Positions 23,326 through 33,766 of a DNA stretch of 44,269 bases are shown piece after piece (the stretch's first letter is position 1; every line of letters starts with the position of its first letter). This DNA is from Bacteroidales bacterium (GTDB taxonomy: Bacteria; Bacteroidota; Bacteroidia; Bacteroidales; WCHB1-69). The notes beneath the pieces were generated by a model. That model ran no database searches. It was not told where the DNA came from and worked only from the letters and a program-made list of their open reading frames with translations. The position numbers and the translations under genes were made by a program. The stretch covers positions 1-44,269 of the forward strand of contig JAZUEE010000073.1 of the NCBI GenBank assembly GCA_045639985.1, written 5' to 3'.

Positions 23326-26300
23326 ATGGACAATCCAAACCCAATTTTTTACCGCGATTTGGTCACGCCGGACAATTCAATTACCACGTTGATTGGTCAA
23401 TTGGAAACCTTGATTGGCAAATATGGCGAAGCCAAACAAAAGATACAGGGCGATGCCGCGCAGTTGGCAAAAGCAATGGAAAATGTATCATCGGCCACCG
23501 AGGAACAACGCAAGGAAATACAATTGGTAACAACGCAATCGGACAAGTTGGCCGAAGAATACAAGAAGGTTGCCGAAGAGGAAAGGCGTGCCAACCTGTT
23601 GTTGCAAGCATCCAACAAGGCCAAGCGAGAGCAAACACAAATAGATAAATTGATCGTGCAGTTGACAAACGCCGAAGCCGGGTCATACAATCAATTGTCT
23701 GCGCAGTATCGTTTGAACAAGATACGATTGAACGAAATGAGTGATGCCGAAAGGCGCGGAACAGAAGCCGGAAGGCAATTGGAAACCGAAACGCGCAAAA
23801 TATATGAACGCATGAGTGAGTTGCAGAAGGCAACAGGCAAATATACGTTAGAGGTCGGCCATTACGAAAATGCCATGAGGGCATTGCCGGGGCCGTTGCG
23901 TTCATTTACACAGGGATTGAGCCAGATGGGCAACCAATTGGTTACAATCGGCAAAAGTGACATACCATTGGCCGCAAAAGCAATGCAAGGGTTTTCAACC
24001 GTTGCATTTGGTGCTTTGGGTATCGTAATGTCATTTGTGCGTTACTTTACAAGCGCAATGAAAACGATGCGCGAGTTTGAACAAGCCAACGCCGACTTGT
24101 CAACCATTCTGGGCGTGAACGTGAAAGATATGAAGGCGTTGACCGATTCGGCATTGTCTTTGGGTCGTTCAACCGAATACGCGGCATCACAGGTAACGCA
24201 GTTACAAACAGAGTTGGCAAAGCTTGGTTTTGGTCAAGGTTCAATCATCGCCATGCAGAAATACGTGTTGCAGTTCGCAACGGCCACAGGCGCAAATTTG
24301 GCCGAAGCGGCATCCGTTGCCGGTGCAACATTGCGTGCTTTCAACCTCACAAGCGCAGACACCGAAGATGTGTTGGCAACATTGGCCGTAGCAACAAACA
24401 ATTCGGCGTTGTCGTTTGACAAAATACGTGATTCAATCGGCACCGTGTTCCCTGTTGCAAATGCTTACGGCCTTTCCGTGAAAGATACCACGGCATTGTT
24501 GGGTGCATTGGCTAATGCCGGATTTGATGCATCAAGTGCGGCCACGGCAACACGCAATATCCTGTTGAACTTGGCAGATGCTAACGGCAAATTGGCAAAA
24601 CGTTTGGGCGGCACCGTAAGCACGTTTGATGACATAATGAATGCGCTTATAAAGTTGCGTAAAGAGGGTGTTTCGCTGAATGAAATGTTGGAGATCACCG
24701 ACAAACGTAGTGTTTCTGCTTTCTCCAACTTTGTATCGGGTGCGGAAAGCGCACGCGAATTGCGCCAAAGTCTGGAAGATGTATCCGGGGAACTTGACCG
24801 CATACAAAGCGAAAGGTTGAACACCGTGGAAGGTTCAACAAAGCTTTTGAACTCTGCGTGGGAAGGTCTTACGTTGGCCTTCCAAAAGTCAAACGGCGCA
24901 ATGAAAGAAACAATTGATTGGATGACCAAGTTGATTAACAAAACCCAACAATTGTTGTTCCCTACGGAAACATTCATATCGGAAGAAGCCGACAAGTTTA
25001 CGGCACAATTCCAAGACTTTTATGCGAAGAATGGCGGCGAAGCTGCCAAGGCATACATAAACACACTCACGAAACAATTTGAGGAATGGGATAAAAAGGC
25101 TGGACAGGAAGCCGGGCGCGAACCGATATTGAATCGTTGGTTGGGCATCGGCAAGAAACAGGAAGCGGCCAAGGCGGCTGCATCAGCTTTGCCCGCCATA
25201 CGGCAAGCGGCAAGTGTCGTTTTGATGCAGATTGAGAATGACACCAAAGAAGCCGCAGACCGTGCCGCACGCGCAGAGGAACAGGCCGCACAGGATGCCG
25301 CCAACAGGGCAAGCGAGTTGACAAAGGAACAAAAGAAGGAGTTGGAAAAGCAGATGCGCCAACGCATCGCAGACCGAAAAGCCGTTGTTGAATCCATAAA
25401 CCTGGAGATTGCCGTAACCGCCGCCGGAACGGATAAGATGTTGGCATTGCGCCAAGATAAGATTGAAGCGCAACGCCAATTGGAGTTGGAACAAAACCGC
25501 CAGAAGGTGGAAAGCGAAAGGCAAGATGAAGCGGCCATCAATGCCAAGTACGACAAGCAATTGTTGGATGATAAAACGGCGTATTACAACGAGCTTTCCA
25601 AGCTGCGTGAAAGTTCTTTGCAAGCCGAGTTAAACGGCATCAATCTTACTCTTGCCAACACCAAAAAGGGAACAAGCATGGAACTTGCGTTGCGCTTGGA
25701 TGCAATCGGCAAGCAACGTGAAATAGAGTTGGAAAAGAATAAGCAATTGAAAGTGGAGTTGCGCCAAGATGAAGCGGCCATCAATGCGAAATACGATGCC
25801 ATGGTGCGCGACACAACAATTGATTTCCATACCAATTCGGCAATGGAGTTGTTGAATATACAACAGGAGTTGGCGGCATCCGAATTTGACTTGCTGAACA
25901 AGAACGAACGCCAAAAGACCCAATTCCGTTTGCAACAGGAGAAAGAACGTTTGCAAAAGATCCTTGAACTGAACAGGATGAACGGAAAGGACTTGACCGC
26001 CGAACAGGTGGCCACAATCCAGAATCAAATTGCGGCCATTGACAAGGTAAGCAAAACAACCCCATTTAAGAACTTGTATGAGGTTTTGGGTATCGGCCTT
26101 AACGATGAGCAGCAAGAAGCCATGAACACCGTTATAAGCGAAACGATGAACAATGTTTCCGACCTCATCAACATGTGGGTGCAAGAAGCCGATGCAGCCA
26201 TACAGGCGGCAAATGCCAAGGTTGATTCAGCACAACGTGCGTTGGATGCCGAGATAGAAGCACGAAATAATGGTTATGCCAACAACGTTATTCAGGCGCA

Positions 26301-26955
26301 GAAGGAATTGGAACTTGAAAAGCAGAACCAACAAAAGGCCATTGAAGAAAAGAAGAAGGCGCAGAAGGTGCAAATGGCTTTGGATACCATAACACAGGCA
26401 TCAAGCCTTATCACGGCATCCGCAAATATCTGGTCAAGCCTTTCGGTCATTCCTTATGTCGGCCCGATATTGGCGGCAGCGGCATTGGCCACCATGTGGG
26501 GTTCGTTTGCCGGTGCCAAGATCAAGGCCGCGCAGATGGCAAGCAACGCCGAGCAATATGGCGAAGGTACGGTTGAATTGCTGCAAGGCGGTTCGCATGC
26601 ATCCGGCCACGATATTGACTTGGGAACAAAGGCAGATGGTACAAAACGCCGTGCCGAGGGTGGCGAATATTTTGCCGTTATCAACAAGCGCAATTCACGC
26701 AAATATGGTTCAATCATCCCGGATGTTATCAATGCTTTCAATGATGGCACATTTGCCGACAAATACCAGAAGGCAAACGCAGACATGGCCGGAATGGCCT
26801 TTGCCATGGTGGGTGCGCCCGGCACCGATGTAAGCACATTGGAACGTGGCGTGGATGCCATACGCAAACAAGGCGAACGAATGCGATATGTTGATGGAGA
26901 AGGCAACACCATTGTTGTTTACAAGAATGTAACACGTAAAATACTGAAAGGATAA
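23326..26955 (+). CDS. tail tape measure protein (1209 aa)
   Basis: Size, long helical repeats, and a central hydrophobic, Ala/Gly-rich segment typical of tape measure proteins (LGRSTEYAASQVTQLQTELAKLGF...ATGANLAEAASVAGATLRAFNL). Confidence 0.85.
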   Translation: MDNPNPIFYRDLVTPDNSITTLIGQLETLIGKYGEAKQKIQGDAAQLAKAMENVSSATEEQRKEIQLVTTQSDKLAEEYKKVAEEERRANLLLQASNKAKREQTQIDKLIVQLTNAEAGSYNQLSAQYRLNKIRLNEMSDAERRGTEAGRQLETETRKIYERMSELQKATGKYTLEVGHYENAMRALPGPLRSFTQGLSQMGNQLVTIGKSDIPLAAKAMQGFSTVAFGALGIVMSFVRYFTSAMKTMREFEQANADLSTILGVNVKDMKALTDSALSLGRSTEYAASQVTQLQTELAKLGFGQGSIIAMQKYVLQFATATGANLAEAASVAGATLRAFNLTSADTEDVLATLAVATNNSALSFDKIRDSIGTVFPVANAYGLSVKDTTALLGALANAGFDASSAATATRNILLNLADANGKLAKRLGGTVSTFDDIMNALIKLRKEGVSLNEMLEITDKRSVSAFSNFVSGAESARELRQSLEDVSGELDRIQSERLNTVEGSTKLLNSAWEGLTLAFQKSNGAMKETIDWMTKLINKTQQLLFPTETFISEEADKFTAQFQDFYAKNGGEAAKAYINTLTKQFEEWDKKAGQEAGREPILNRWLGIGKKQEAAKAAASALPAIRQAASVVLMQIENDTKEAADRAARAEEQAAQDAANRASELTKEQKKELEKQMRQRIADRKAVVESINLEIAVTAAGTDKMLALRQDKIEAQRQLELEQNRQKVESERQDEAAINAKYDKQLLDDKTAYYNELSKLRESSLQAELNGINLTLANTKKGTSMELALRLDAIGKQREIELEKNKQLKVELRQDEAAINAKYDAMVRDTTIDFHTNSAMELLNIQQELAASEFDLLNKNERQKTQFRLQQEKERLQKILELNRMNGKDLTAEQVATIQNQIAAIDKVSKTTPFKNLYEVLGIGLNDEQQEAMNTVISETMNNVSDLINMWVQEADAAIQAANAKVDSAQRALDAEIEARNNGYANNVIQAQKELELEKQNQQKAIEEKKKAQKVQMALDTITQASSLITASANIWSSLSVIPYVGPILAAAALATMWGSFAGAKIKAAQMASNAEQYGEGTVELLQGGSHASGHDIDLGTKADGTKRRAEGGEYFAVINKRNSRKYGSIIPDVINAFNDGTFADKYQKANADMAGMAFAMVGAPGTDVSTLERGVDAIRKQGERMRYVDGEGNTIVVYKNVTRKILKG
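25522..25787 (+). repeat. Internal tandem duplication in the tape measure gene (period 243 nt = 81 aa)
   Basis: The 23-nt exact repeat CAAGATGAAGCGGCCATCAATGC occurs at 25522-25544 and 25765-25787. At protein level, LALRQDKIEAQRQLELEQNRQKVESERQDEAAINAKYD matches LALRLDAIGKQREIELEKNKQLKVELRQDEAAINAKYD. Confidence 0.85.
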
Positions 26956-29153
26956 TGAACCCAACATATAAATTTGAACTGGCCACAACGAACAACGGCG
27001 TAACTAACAATTACGCCGTATATCCTTTGTATAAGGATGACTTGGCCATGGATTATGAAATACAACAAAATGAAAGGTTTTATCGTGCCAAGTTATCGGG
27101 TAAGCTGACATTTGTACGCGATGATTACAATTTTATCAATAATACCCAATTTGACACGCGTTTTGAACTGAAAGTTTACATAAGTTGGAATCGCGGCCAA
27201 TCATGGCAATTGTATTGGCGCGGCGAGTTCTGGAAAACGGATTGCACGATAAACACCGATGATTGCACCATTGTCGTTTCGCCAACACCTGTGGATAATT
27301 ACACAAACGTGTTGGCCGGAATGGATAAGGAATACGACCTTTTGAAATTGAAGCCGCGATTGGATTTCGTAACCATACGCAAGCGGTCTTTGGTACAAAT
27401 ATATGTGCCGGGCGAGGATGTTATTTCATGCTTCTTGTCTGGCATGTATTGGGAACAGGAATGCGAAGCCATAACCGATGAAGATGATTTGGAAAATGTG
27501 TACCATTTTACATTAACCAAAGAGGAACAGGGCATAAAGGTTTATGCGCGTATATTGTGCGATGTTGCCAAAATTTACAACCGAGATACATTCCCGATCC
27601 CAAGCGAGGATATTGTGGAAAACAACCGCAATTATCGCCGCGTTATTGGTTATGATTTCCCGGATGCCGTGTACTTATGGTCTGGTACAACATCCAATCC
27701 AACAGAATGGGGAATGAAGCAACCCGGCATATATTACACGATGCCTTCATATCCACCAATACTTGGATGGCCGAGTGTATTTTTCCCAATAGGGCGCACC
27801 CATTGGGGCGATAATTCAATTTGGTTTGCACCATCAATGTATGACCCGTTGATTGAAGAGTCAGCACGCAAGGCATACACGTTGCGCGATGCAATACCGT
27901 TGCAATCGGCCATTGCTTTGCTCCTGCATGAGATTGCCCCGGGCGTGAGCCATGCAGCAACGCCAGAGTATTCAAAGTTCCTGTATGACCAAATCAACCC
28001 TATTACCGGCCGAACAATGGAATTATTTATAACGCCAAAATCAAATATATTGGCGGGCAATTATTCGCAACCGGCGCAGAAAGCACCAATCACGTTGAAG
28101 ATGTTAACCGACATGTTGCGTGATTGCTTCCAAGCTTATTGGTATATTGACAATGGCAAGTTCAAGATTGAGCATGTAAAATGGTTCAAAAACGGTGGCC
28201 GTTATACAGGCAACCCGGCAATATCGCACGATCTGACCGCCGAGGTTGTAACGCGTAATGGCAAGCCGTGGGCATTCGCAACATCGGAATACTCATACGA
28301 CAAAGAAACAATGCCAGGACGTTATCAATTCGGGTGGATGGATGAGGTAACGGATGTTTTTTCGGGCAACCCCATTGAGGTAAAAAGCAACAATGTAAAC
28401 ATTGGCAATATTGAAGAAATAAACGTGGCCAACTTTACAAGCGATGTGGATTACATGTTGTTGAATCCGGGCGGTTGTTCAAAGGATGGTTTTGCCTTGT
28501 TGGCAGCACAAAAGAACATATCAAGCATCATGCCTGTTGATACAAGCTTTGTGACTTTGCCAACGATTACATACAGGAATATTGTTGCCGATGATGAATA
28601 TCGTGGCACGGAATGTTTAATGTCGGTTACGTTCCGAGGTAATGGCCGCGTGTCAATTGTTGTATGGCGTACTGCAAACGTGGATTATTACGTTGGCGAA
28701 TATGATATAAATGGCGAAACAACTTTGGAGATACCATTTCGCTTAACATGGCCAACGATCGGATTCTCTGCTTTATCGGGTAACGTACAAATGCGCTTGA
28801 ACAAAGTTGGCTTGGGCAATGAATTGCCTTTTGTGACATACACCGACCCCGTAACCAATGCAGATGTGACAATGCAAAACGGACTGTTGGCATTTGCCAT
28901 ATTGCAACCCGATTATTACAAATATGATCTTCCGGCATACAATGTGACGATGAATGGAGTGGCCACCACGGCATTGAGTATCCAACGCAAGAAAAAACAA
29001 TCTTTGCGTTTTCCTGTGCAGAACGACCCCAACCCAATAGAGTTGATAAAAACGTATCTGGGTAATGGCCAAATTGAAAAAATAAGTGTAAATTTGTCAA
29101 GCAGAAACGCAAATGCCACGTTGATGTTTGATACCTACAAAACGAACGAGTAA
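26955..29153 (+). CDS. large distal tail protein (732 aa), positional call
   Basis: TAATG overlap with the tape measure gene; this is the usual position of distal-tail or tail-tip proteins. Confidence 0.55.
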   Translation: MNPTYKFELATTNNGVTNNYAVYPLYKDDLAMDYEIQQNERFYRAKLSGKLTFVRDDYNFINNTQFDTRFELKVYISWNRGQSWQLYWRGEFWKTDCTINTDDCTIVVSPTPVDNYTNVLAGMDKEYDLLKLKPRLDFVTIRKRSLVQIYVPGEDVISCFLSGMYWEQECEAITDEDDLENVYHFTLTKEEQGIKVYARILCDVAKIYNRDTFPIPSEDIVENNRNYRRVIGYDFPDAVYLWSGTTSNPTEWGMKQPGIYYTMPSYPPILGWPSVFFPIGRTHWGDNSIWFAPSMYDPLIEESARKAYTLRDAIPLQSAIALLLHEIAPGVSHAATPEYSKFLYDQINPITGRTMELFITPKSNILAGNYSQPAQKAPITLKMLTDMLRDCFQAYWYIDNGKFKIEHVKWFKNGGRYTGNPAISHDLTAEVVTRNGKPWAFATSEYSYDKETMPGRYQFGWMDEVTDVFSGNPIEVKSNNVNIGNIEEINVANFTSDVDYMLLNPGGCSKDGFALLAAQKNISSIMPVDTSFVTLPTITYRNIVADDEYRGTECLMSVTFRGNGRVSIVVWRTANVDYYVGEYDINGETTLEIPFRLTWPTIGFSALSGNVQMRLNKVGLGNELPFVTYTDPVTNADVTMQNGLLAFAILQPDYYKYDLPAYNVTMNGVATTALSIQRKKKQSLRFPVQNDPNPIELIKTYLGNGQIEKISVNLSSRNANATLMFDTYKTNE

Positions 29154-30376
29154 TGATACCAAGCAACAATTTGAGTGTATTGCCATTTTACACATCCATA
29201 GAACAACAAAATGCCCGCAAATGGTGGTTGTATGGCAAAGTATATCCATTGTTTACTCCGGCGGGATTCCTGTTGCCATTTCAGTTGATGCGAGAAAGCC
29301 GCATTGAAGAAATACGCACAAGGTTGCAAGTAGAAGAAACGGATGGCGGATATTTGGCTAATGATGGCACTTGGCGTCAAGATGTAACATCGGGATTATT
29401 GGTGGCATCTTACGCAGATATTCCAACGGCCAATCTTTATCTGGAGAATATACCGGCGGCATATAGTGCGGGCGTTATGGCCGTGGCTTATGGAGAAACG
29501 ACATCGCAAGTTCTTGGAACATTCAACCCAATTCAATCTGGTACATATACGGGCGTATGGCAATTACCCATGGGTACAAAAATGGTGCGCGTACAGGTGC
29601 AGAATACAAGCGAAAGCGCATCGTTTGGCGCAGTTGACACATATTTTGTTCATGCCAAGCCTCTTGAATCGCTGATGTTTTACACCAAAGATGGGGTATT
29701 GATTGGCGATTATAGCGACCGCATTTCGGAAATGGGATTTGCAATAAAGCAATTCCAAGATTTTGGTTGTGATGTCATCGTGTTTGCCGGACAATTGCCA
29801 ATATTGACACAACTTGACAATGGCCAATATTACGTTGTTCTGGGCGATGGCATTCAAACATGGTATTCCGAGGTGTTCACGGTTGTAAATGACATGTCCG
29901 GGTATCTTAAATTGGAATGGTGGGATGTTGAGGATTTTGTGATGGATGCCGGAACGATAGTATATACCCAACCGATGTTCAAGAATGTCTTGTACCTGTG
30001 TTCGGATATTGCCAAGCCGGAATATGACTTTGACGAGGAAATAATTGAACGCGATGGTTACACATTCCCGGTTAAACAGGTATCCGAAAAACGTTACCGC
30101 TTTTCATTTCTCGCATCCGAATACCTGTTGGATGTTCTGCGCTTTGTGCGTATGGCAGATTATGCACGCATAACGAAGAATGGTCAAACATGGTACAACC
30201 TTGACACGTTTTTGATTTCCCCAGAATGGGAAGATAATGGCGATGTTGCAGTTGTGGATGCCGAGTTTACCACCGGCACCGTTGCCAAGAAAAACGGCCA
30301 TGGCCGCATAAAGCCAACAGGCGCGGGCGATTTCAATGATGACTTTAATAACGATTTCAACAATCAAAATAGTTAA
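29153..30376 (+). CDS. tail tip/baseplate-associated protein (407 aa), positional call
   Basis: TAATG overlap with the upstream tail gene. Confidence 0.5.
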   Translation: MIPSNNLSVLPFYTSIEQQNARKWWLYGKVYPLFTPAGFLLPFQLMRESRIEEIRTRLQVEETDGGYLANDGTWRQDVTSGLLVASYADIPTANLYLENIPAAYSAGVMAVAYGETTSQVLGTFNPIQSGTYTGVWQLPMGTKMVRVQVQNTSESASFGAVDTYFVHAKPLESLMFYTKDGVLIGDYSDRISEMGFAIKQFQDFGCDVIVFAGQLPILTQLDNGQYYVVLGDGIQTWYSEVFTVVNDMSGYLKLEWWDVEDFVMDAGTIVYTQPMFKNVLYLCSDIAKPEYDFDEEIIERDGYTFPVKQVSEKRYRFSFLASEYLLDVLRFVRMADYARITKNGQTWYNLDTFLISPEWEDNGDVAVVDAEFTTGTVAKKNGHGRIKPTGAGDFNDDFNNDFNNQNS

Positions 30377-30381
30377 TTATT

Positions 30382-32412
30382 ATGTCAAATTATAACGTTT
30401 TAAAAGCCGCAATTCAAGATGCTGTCAAAGAGAATGGCAACAATGAGATTACGGGTGCATTGCTACAACAAACATTGTTGGCAATGGTTAATTCGTTGGG
30501 CGATAACTACCAACTGCGAGGTGTTGCCGTACGAACAACCAATCCGGGCGTTCCCGACCAAAAAGTATTCTATTTTGCCACTGAGGTGGGAGATTATCCT
30601 AACTTCGTTTCTGGTGGTGGTACTGGTAGCCTTTCTGTTGCCGAGGGAGAGGTCGCAATCTTTAAGTTTAATGGCACTTCGTGGAGTAAGGAGGTAAGCG
30701 GATTTGCATCATCAAAGCAAAAAGCCGATGCGGTATATAGCAAAAACCTCTTTGATGCAAGCAAAGTTGAAGAAGGACATTTTATTTGGGCTTGGGGAGG
30801 CATAGGTGACAACGCAAGTTATGGCATTACTGATTATATCCCCGTTGGTAGTAATATCATCATCAATCAACCAATACTAGGAGGTATGGGGGCGAATGTG
30901 TATGATGCAAGCAAGGTAAAGTTGCGCACAATAACAACCCCAAACTACACCTATGAACAGGGAGATGCTTTTGTTCGGTATACTATTTTATTGAGCAATA
31001 TTCCTACTATCCAGATTGAGGTTGGCAACACTTCAACCGATTATGAGCCATTCACAGACAAAATGGATGTATATAACTTATCTAAAGAATATACTAAAAA
31101 TTCCATAGCCGAAGAAAATGCAAAATCATCCGTTATGCAGTATCTTAAAGTGGCTAACAAGACAGCCGGAAGATTTTGGAATGTTTCAGGTAGTGGCATA
31201 TCCTATATTGCAAACTCTAATTGTTCATACTATGCACCATTCAGATTGAAAGCAAATGTTGCTTATCAATTCATTGATGTGTATGGCTATTTTTGCCTAA
31301 TTAAAAAAGCAGACAATAGTGTTGAAAGGCTGACTACAAATCAAACGACACGATTCAGCGGTGTGTATACTCCAACCGAGGATGTTGATGTGTATGTGTC
31401 AATTATGTCGGAATATGCCGAGGTTTCGGCTATGGTAATTGATAACATTTATATTAAACCTGTTGCTTATGTTGAAGGTGCATTTTTATCGCCAAAAGAC
31501 CGTGCGACTCGCTTGGAAGGTATTACCAACGACTTGGCTACGGAGATTGGAGCAAAGATTGATATTGTTGTAAAGAAGGATGGCACAGGCGATTATACGA
31601 AGGTTATAGATGCGGTCAATTATGCTAATACTTTGGCAGACGGAAAAAACAATGTCAATGTCCATATTTACGATGGAGAGTATGACTTGTTCCAGGAACT
31701 TGGCGGTCAAACTTGGCTTAATAATAATCCTTCGCCTACACATTATATAGGTCTATTCCCAAAAGAGAAAGTTAATCTCATCGGTCACGGATTGGTTATC
31801 CTATATTTGCGACTACCATCAACAATTAACCAAGCACAAGGAACAAATATCTCTTGCTTGGTATTATCCAAAACAAGCAACAAAATAGAAAATATTATTT
31901 TTGTTGCCAAAAATACTCGTTATGTCTGCCACGATGAATCGGACGGCGCAAATGTTTATGTAAACAGAGAGGTTAGTAACTGCACCTTCATTATGGAGGA
32001 AAGAACGGCCGAGTATGCTTGGCAGTATTTGTCTGCTTATGGTGCTGGCACTTGTAGCGGTGGCGGACATTTCTCATTCAAGAACAACCGATTTATCACA
32101 AAGACATACGGCAATGGTATGAGTTACCATACAAATAATGGTGCAAAGCCGATGTATTTTGACATTGATGGTTGCGTTTCTGTTATTTCATCAGCAGAAG
32201 GTATTTCATTCGGTTGCCAGTCTTATGGAACAGGACACATAGGTAAAACATTTTTCTCTTTCAAGAATTGCACGGGCAACGGAAATGTTGTAAACCGATT
32301 AGAAACACAATCATCGCAAGATCATATTATTATGACCAATAATGGTTATAATAAAATATCAAATGAAGATGCTTTTGCTCTTGCTGATAGTATTTTGTCA
32401 ATTGTTAATTAA
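30382..32412 (+). CDS. tail fibre/spike receptor-binding protein with beta-helix-like C-terminal part (676 aa)
   Basis: N-terminus NVLKAAIQDAVKENGNNEITGALLQQTLLAMVNSLG is a recurrent tail-fibre anchor. KKDGTGDYTKVIDAVNYAN...VHIYDGEYDL resembles the start of pectate-lyase-fold depolymerases. It is the last structural gene before lysis. Confidence 0.65.
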   Translation: MSNYNVLKAAIQDAVKENGNNEITGALLQQTLLAMVNSLGDNYQLRGVAVRTTNPGVPDQKVFYFATEVGDYPNFVSGGGTGSLSVAEGEVAIFKFNGTSWSKEVSGFASSKQKADAVYSKNLFDASKVEEGHFIWAWGGIGDNASYGITDYIPVGSNIIINQPILGGMGANVYDASKVKLRTITTPNYTYEQGDAFVRYTILLSNIPTIQIEVGNTSTDYEPFTDKMDVYNLSKEYTKNSIAEENAKSSVMQYLKVANKTAGRFWNVSGSGISYIANSNCSYYAPFRLKANVAYQFIDVYGYFCLIKKADNSVERLTTNQTTRFSGVYTPTEDVDVYVSIMSEYAEVSAMVIDNIYIKPVAYVEGAFLSPKDRATRLEGITNDLATEIGAKIDIVVKKDGTGDYTKVIDAVNYANTLADGKNNVNVHIYDGEYDLFQELGGQTWLNNNPSPTHYIGLFPKEKVNLIGHGLVILYLRLPSTINQAQGTNISCLVLSKTSNKIENIIFVAKNTRYVCHDESDGANVYVNREVSNCTFIMEERTAEYAWQYLSAYGAGTCSGGGHFSFKNNRFITKTYGNGMSYHTNNGAKPMYFDIDGCVSVISSAEGISFGCQSYGTGHIGKTFFSFKNCTGNGNVVNRLETQSSQDHIIMTNNGYNKISNEDAFALADSILSIVN

Positions 32413-32450
32413 AACCATCCCTAAAGCGGCGAGTATAAAAAACAACAAAA

Positions 32451-32900
32451 ATGAATGAACGTAACGTATTAGCGGGGACAGCCGCAACCGTGTTGTCCCC
32501 ATTTGTGGATGGTTGGCAAAACCTATTGATTTGGGGCATTGTCGCGTTCGCACTCATAATTGGCGATTTGCGATTTGGTATTTGTGCCGCCCGGAAACGT
32601 GGCGAAAAAATACGCGGTTCGCGTGCCGTTCGCCGCACCGTTAACAAAATGGTGGATTACATTTGTTGGGTATCAATCGCCATTGTTTTGGGCGGTTCGT
32701 TCGGCCAAATCTTTGGTGTACCTCTATTGGCGGCAATCATCATGCTGATTGTCTGCACAATTGAGTTGTCTTCTATCTTTGACAATTATTTTGAGTACAA
32801 GGGCATCAAAAAGAAATTCAATGCGTGGAAATTCTTTGCAAAGATATTTCGCATTCCAGGAATTGAAGAGTCCATTGAAGATGCCGAAAAGGACAAATAA
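32451..32900 (+). CDS. holin (149 aa)
   Basis: Three or four hydrophobic segments, a charged C-terminus, and a TIELSSIFDNYFEYKG segment like the SI-EN motif of holin family 4. Immediately upstream of the endolysin. Confidence 0.65.
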   Translation: MNERNVLAGTAATVLSPFVDGWQNLLIWGIVAFALIIGDLRFGICAARKRGEKIRGSRAVRRTVNKMVDYICWVSIAIVLGGSFGQIFGVPLLAAIIMLIVCTIELSSIFDNYFEYKGIKKKFNAWKFFAKIFRIPGIEESIEDAEKDK

Positions 32901-32906
32901 CAATCG

Positions 32907-32924
32907 GGGCGGCATGTGCCGCCC
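32907..32924 (+). promoter_or_regulatory. Hairpin GGGCGGCA-TG-TGCCGCCC between holin and endolysin
   Basis: 8-bp perfect stem in the 42-nt spacer. No clear U tract. Confidence 0.5.
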
Positions 32925-32942
32925 TGTTAACATTTTCACATC

Positions 32943-33305
32943 ATGGTTAAATATTTCAAAAATGCAGAGTTCCAACGATGCGACCCGCCATGCACGATTG
33001 ATGACATGAAGCCGGAGTTGTTGGCAAGGCTTGATGAGCTGCGCGAAAGATGCGGCTTCCCATTGATCATCAATTGCGCATATCGTTCGCCCGTATGGGA
33101 TAAAAGCAAAGGCCGTTCTGGTAATAGCGCACACACGCGAGGATTGGCCGTTGACATCAAGTGCTTGGCATCATCCACACGATTCAAGATTGTAAGCAAC
33201 GCCATGCTTTTGGGTTTTACACGCATTGGCATCGGCAAAAGCTTCGTGCATCTGGATATAGACCCAACATTGCCGCAAGGCGTTATGTTTGATTACTACG
33301 AATAG
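32943..33305 (+). CDS. peptidase M15 family endolysin (120 aa)
   Basis: Zinc-ligand pattern SGNSAHTRGLAVDI ... SFVHLDI (H-x6-D ... H), typical of M15 D-Ala-D-Ala or L-Ala-D-Glu peptidases. Confidence 0.85.
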   Translation: MVKYFKNAEFQRCDPPCTIDDMKPELLARLDELRERCGFPLIINCAYRSPVWDKSKGRSGNSAHTRGLAVDIKCLASSTRFKIVSNAMLLGFTRIGIGKSFVHLDIDPTLPQGVMFDYYE

Positions 33306-33307
33306 TT

Positions 33308-33766
33308 ATGGGCGATTTTTCAAGAGATTTCAACAAGGACTTTCTAATAGAACAAGTTATGACAAAAGAACAAATCTTGGCTTTGATTTCCTCAAAGGTT
33401 GAGGGGCAAGGCAATCAAATTGATGCCGGAAGCACATTACCGGCTATTCTGCGCGGAATAATGGATTTGATACCAGAGGTTCCCGAACCCGTTGCCGCCT
33501 TGATGGTGCAATCGGAAGGCAATACGACCATTGGCGGCTATCAAGTTCCGTTATTGACCGTAGAACAGGTAACACAGGCGTACAACGCCGTTGTATCCGG
33601 CCGTGGTTGTATTATCGTTGACTACGATGAAACAATGCATGCGTATGTTAACCAAGCTGACCGCTTGAACGATGAATTGAGCATTGGCATCCTGTTCTAT
33701 TCGTACATGCTCTTGACATACACATTGTCCGGCGATGCGGTTGTAATAACTCATACCGAGTTATGA
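33308..33766 (+). CDS. hypothetical protein (152 aa)
   Basis: ATG ORF within the lysis cassette. Confidence 0.6.
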   Translation: MGDFSRDFNKDFLIEQVMTKEQILALISSKVEGQGNQIDAGSTLPAILRGIMDLIPEVPEPVAALMVQSEGNTTIGGYQVPLLTVEQVTQAYNAVVSGRGCIIVDYDETMHAYVNQADRLNDELSIGILFYSYMLLTYTLSGDAVVITHTEL

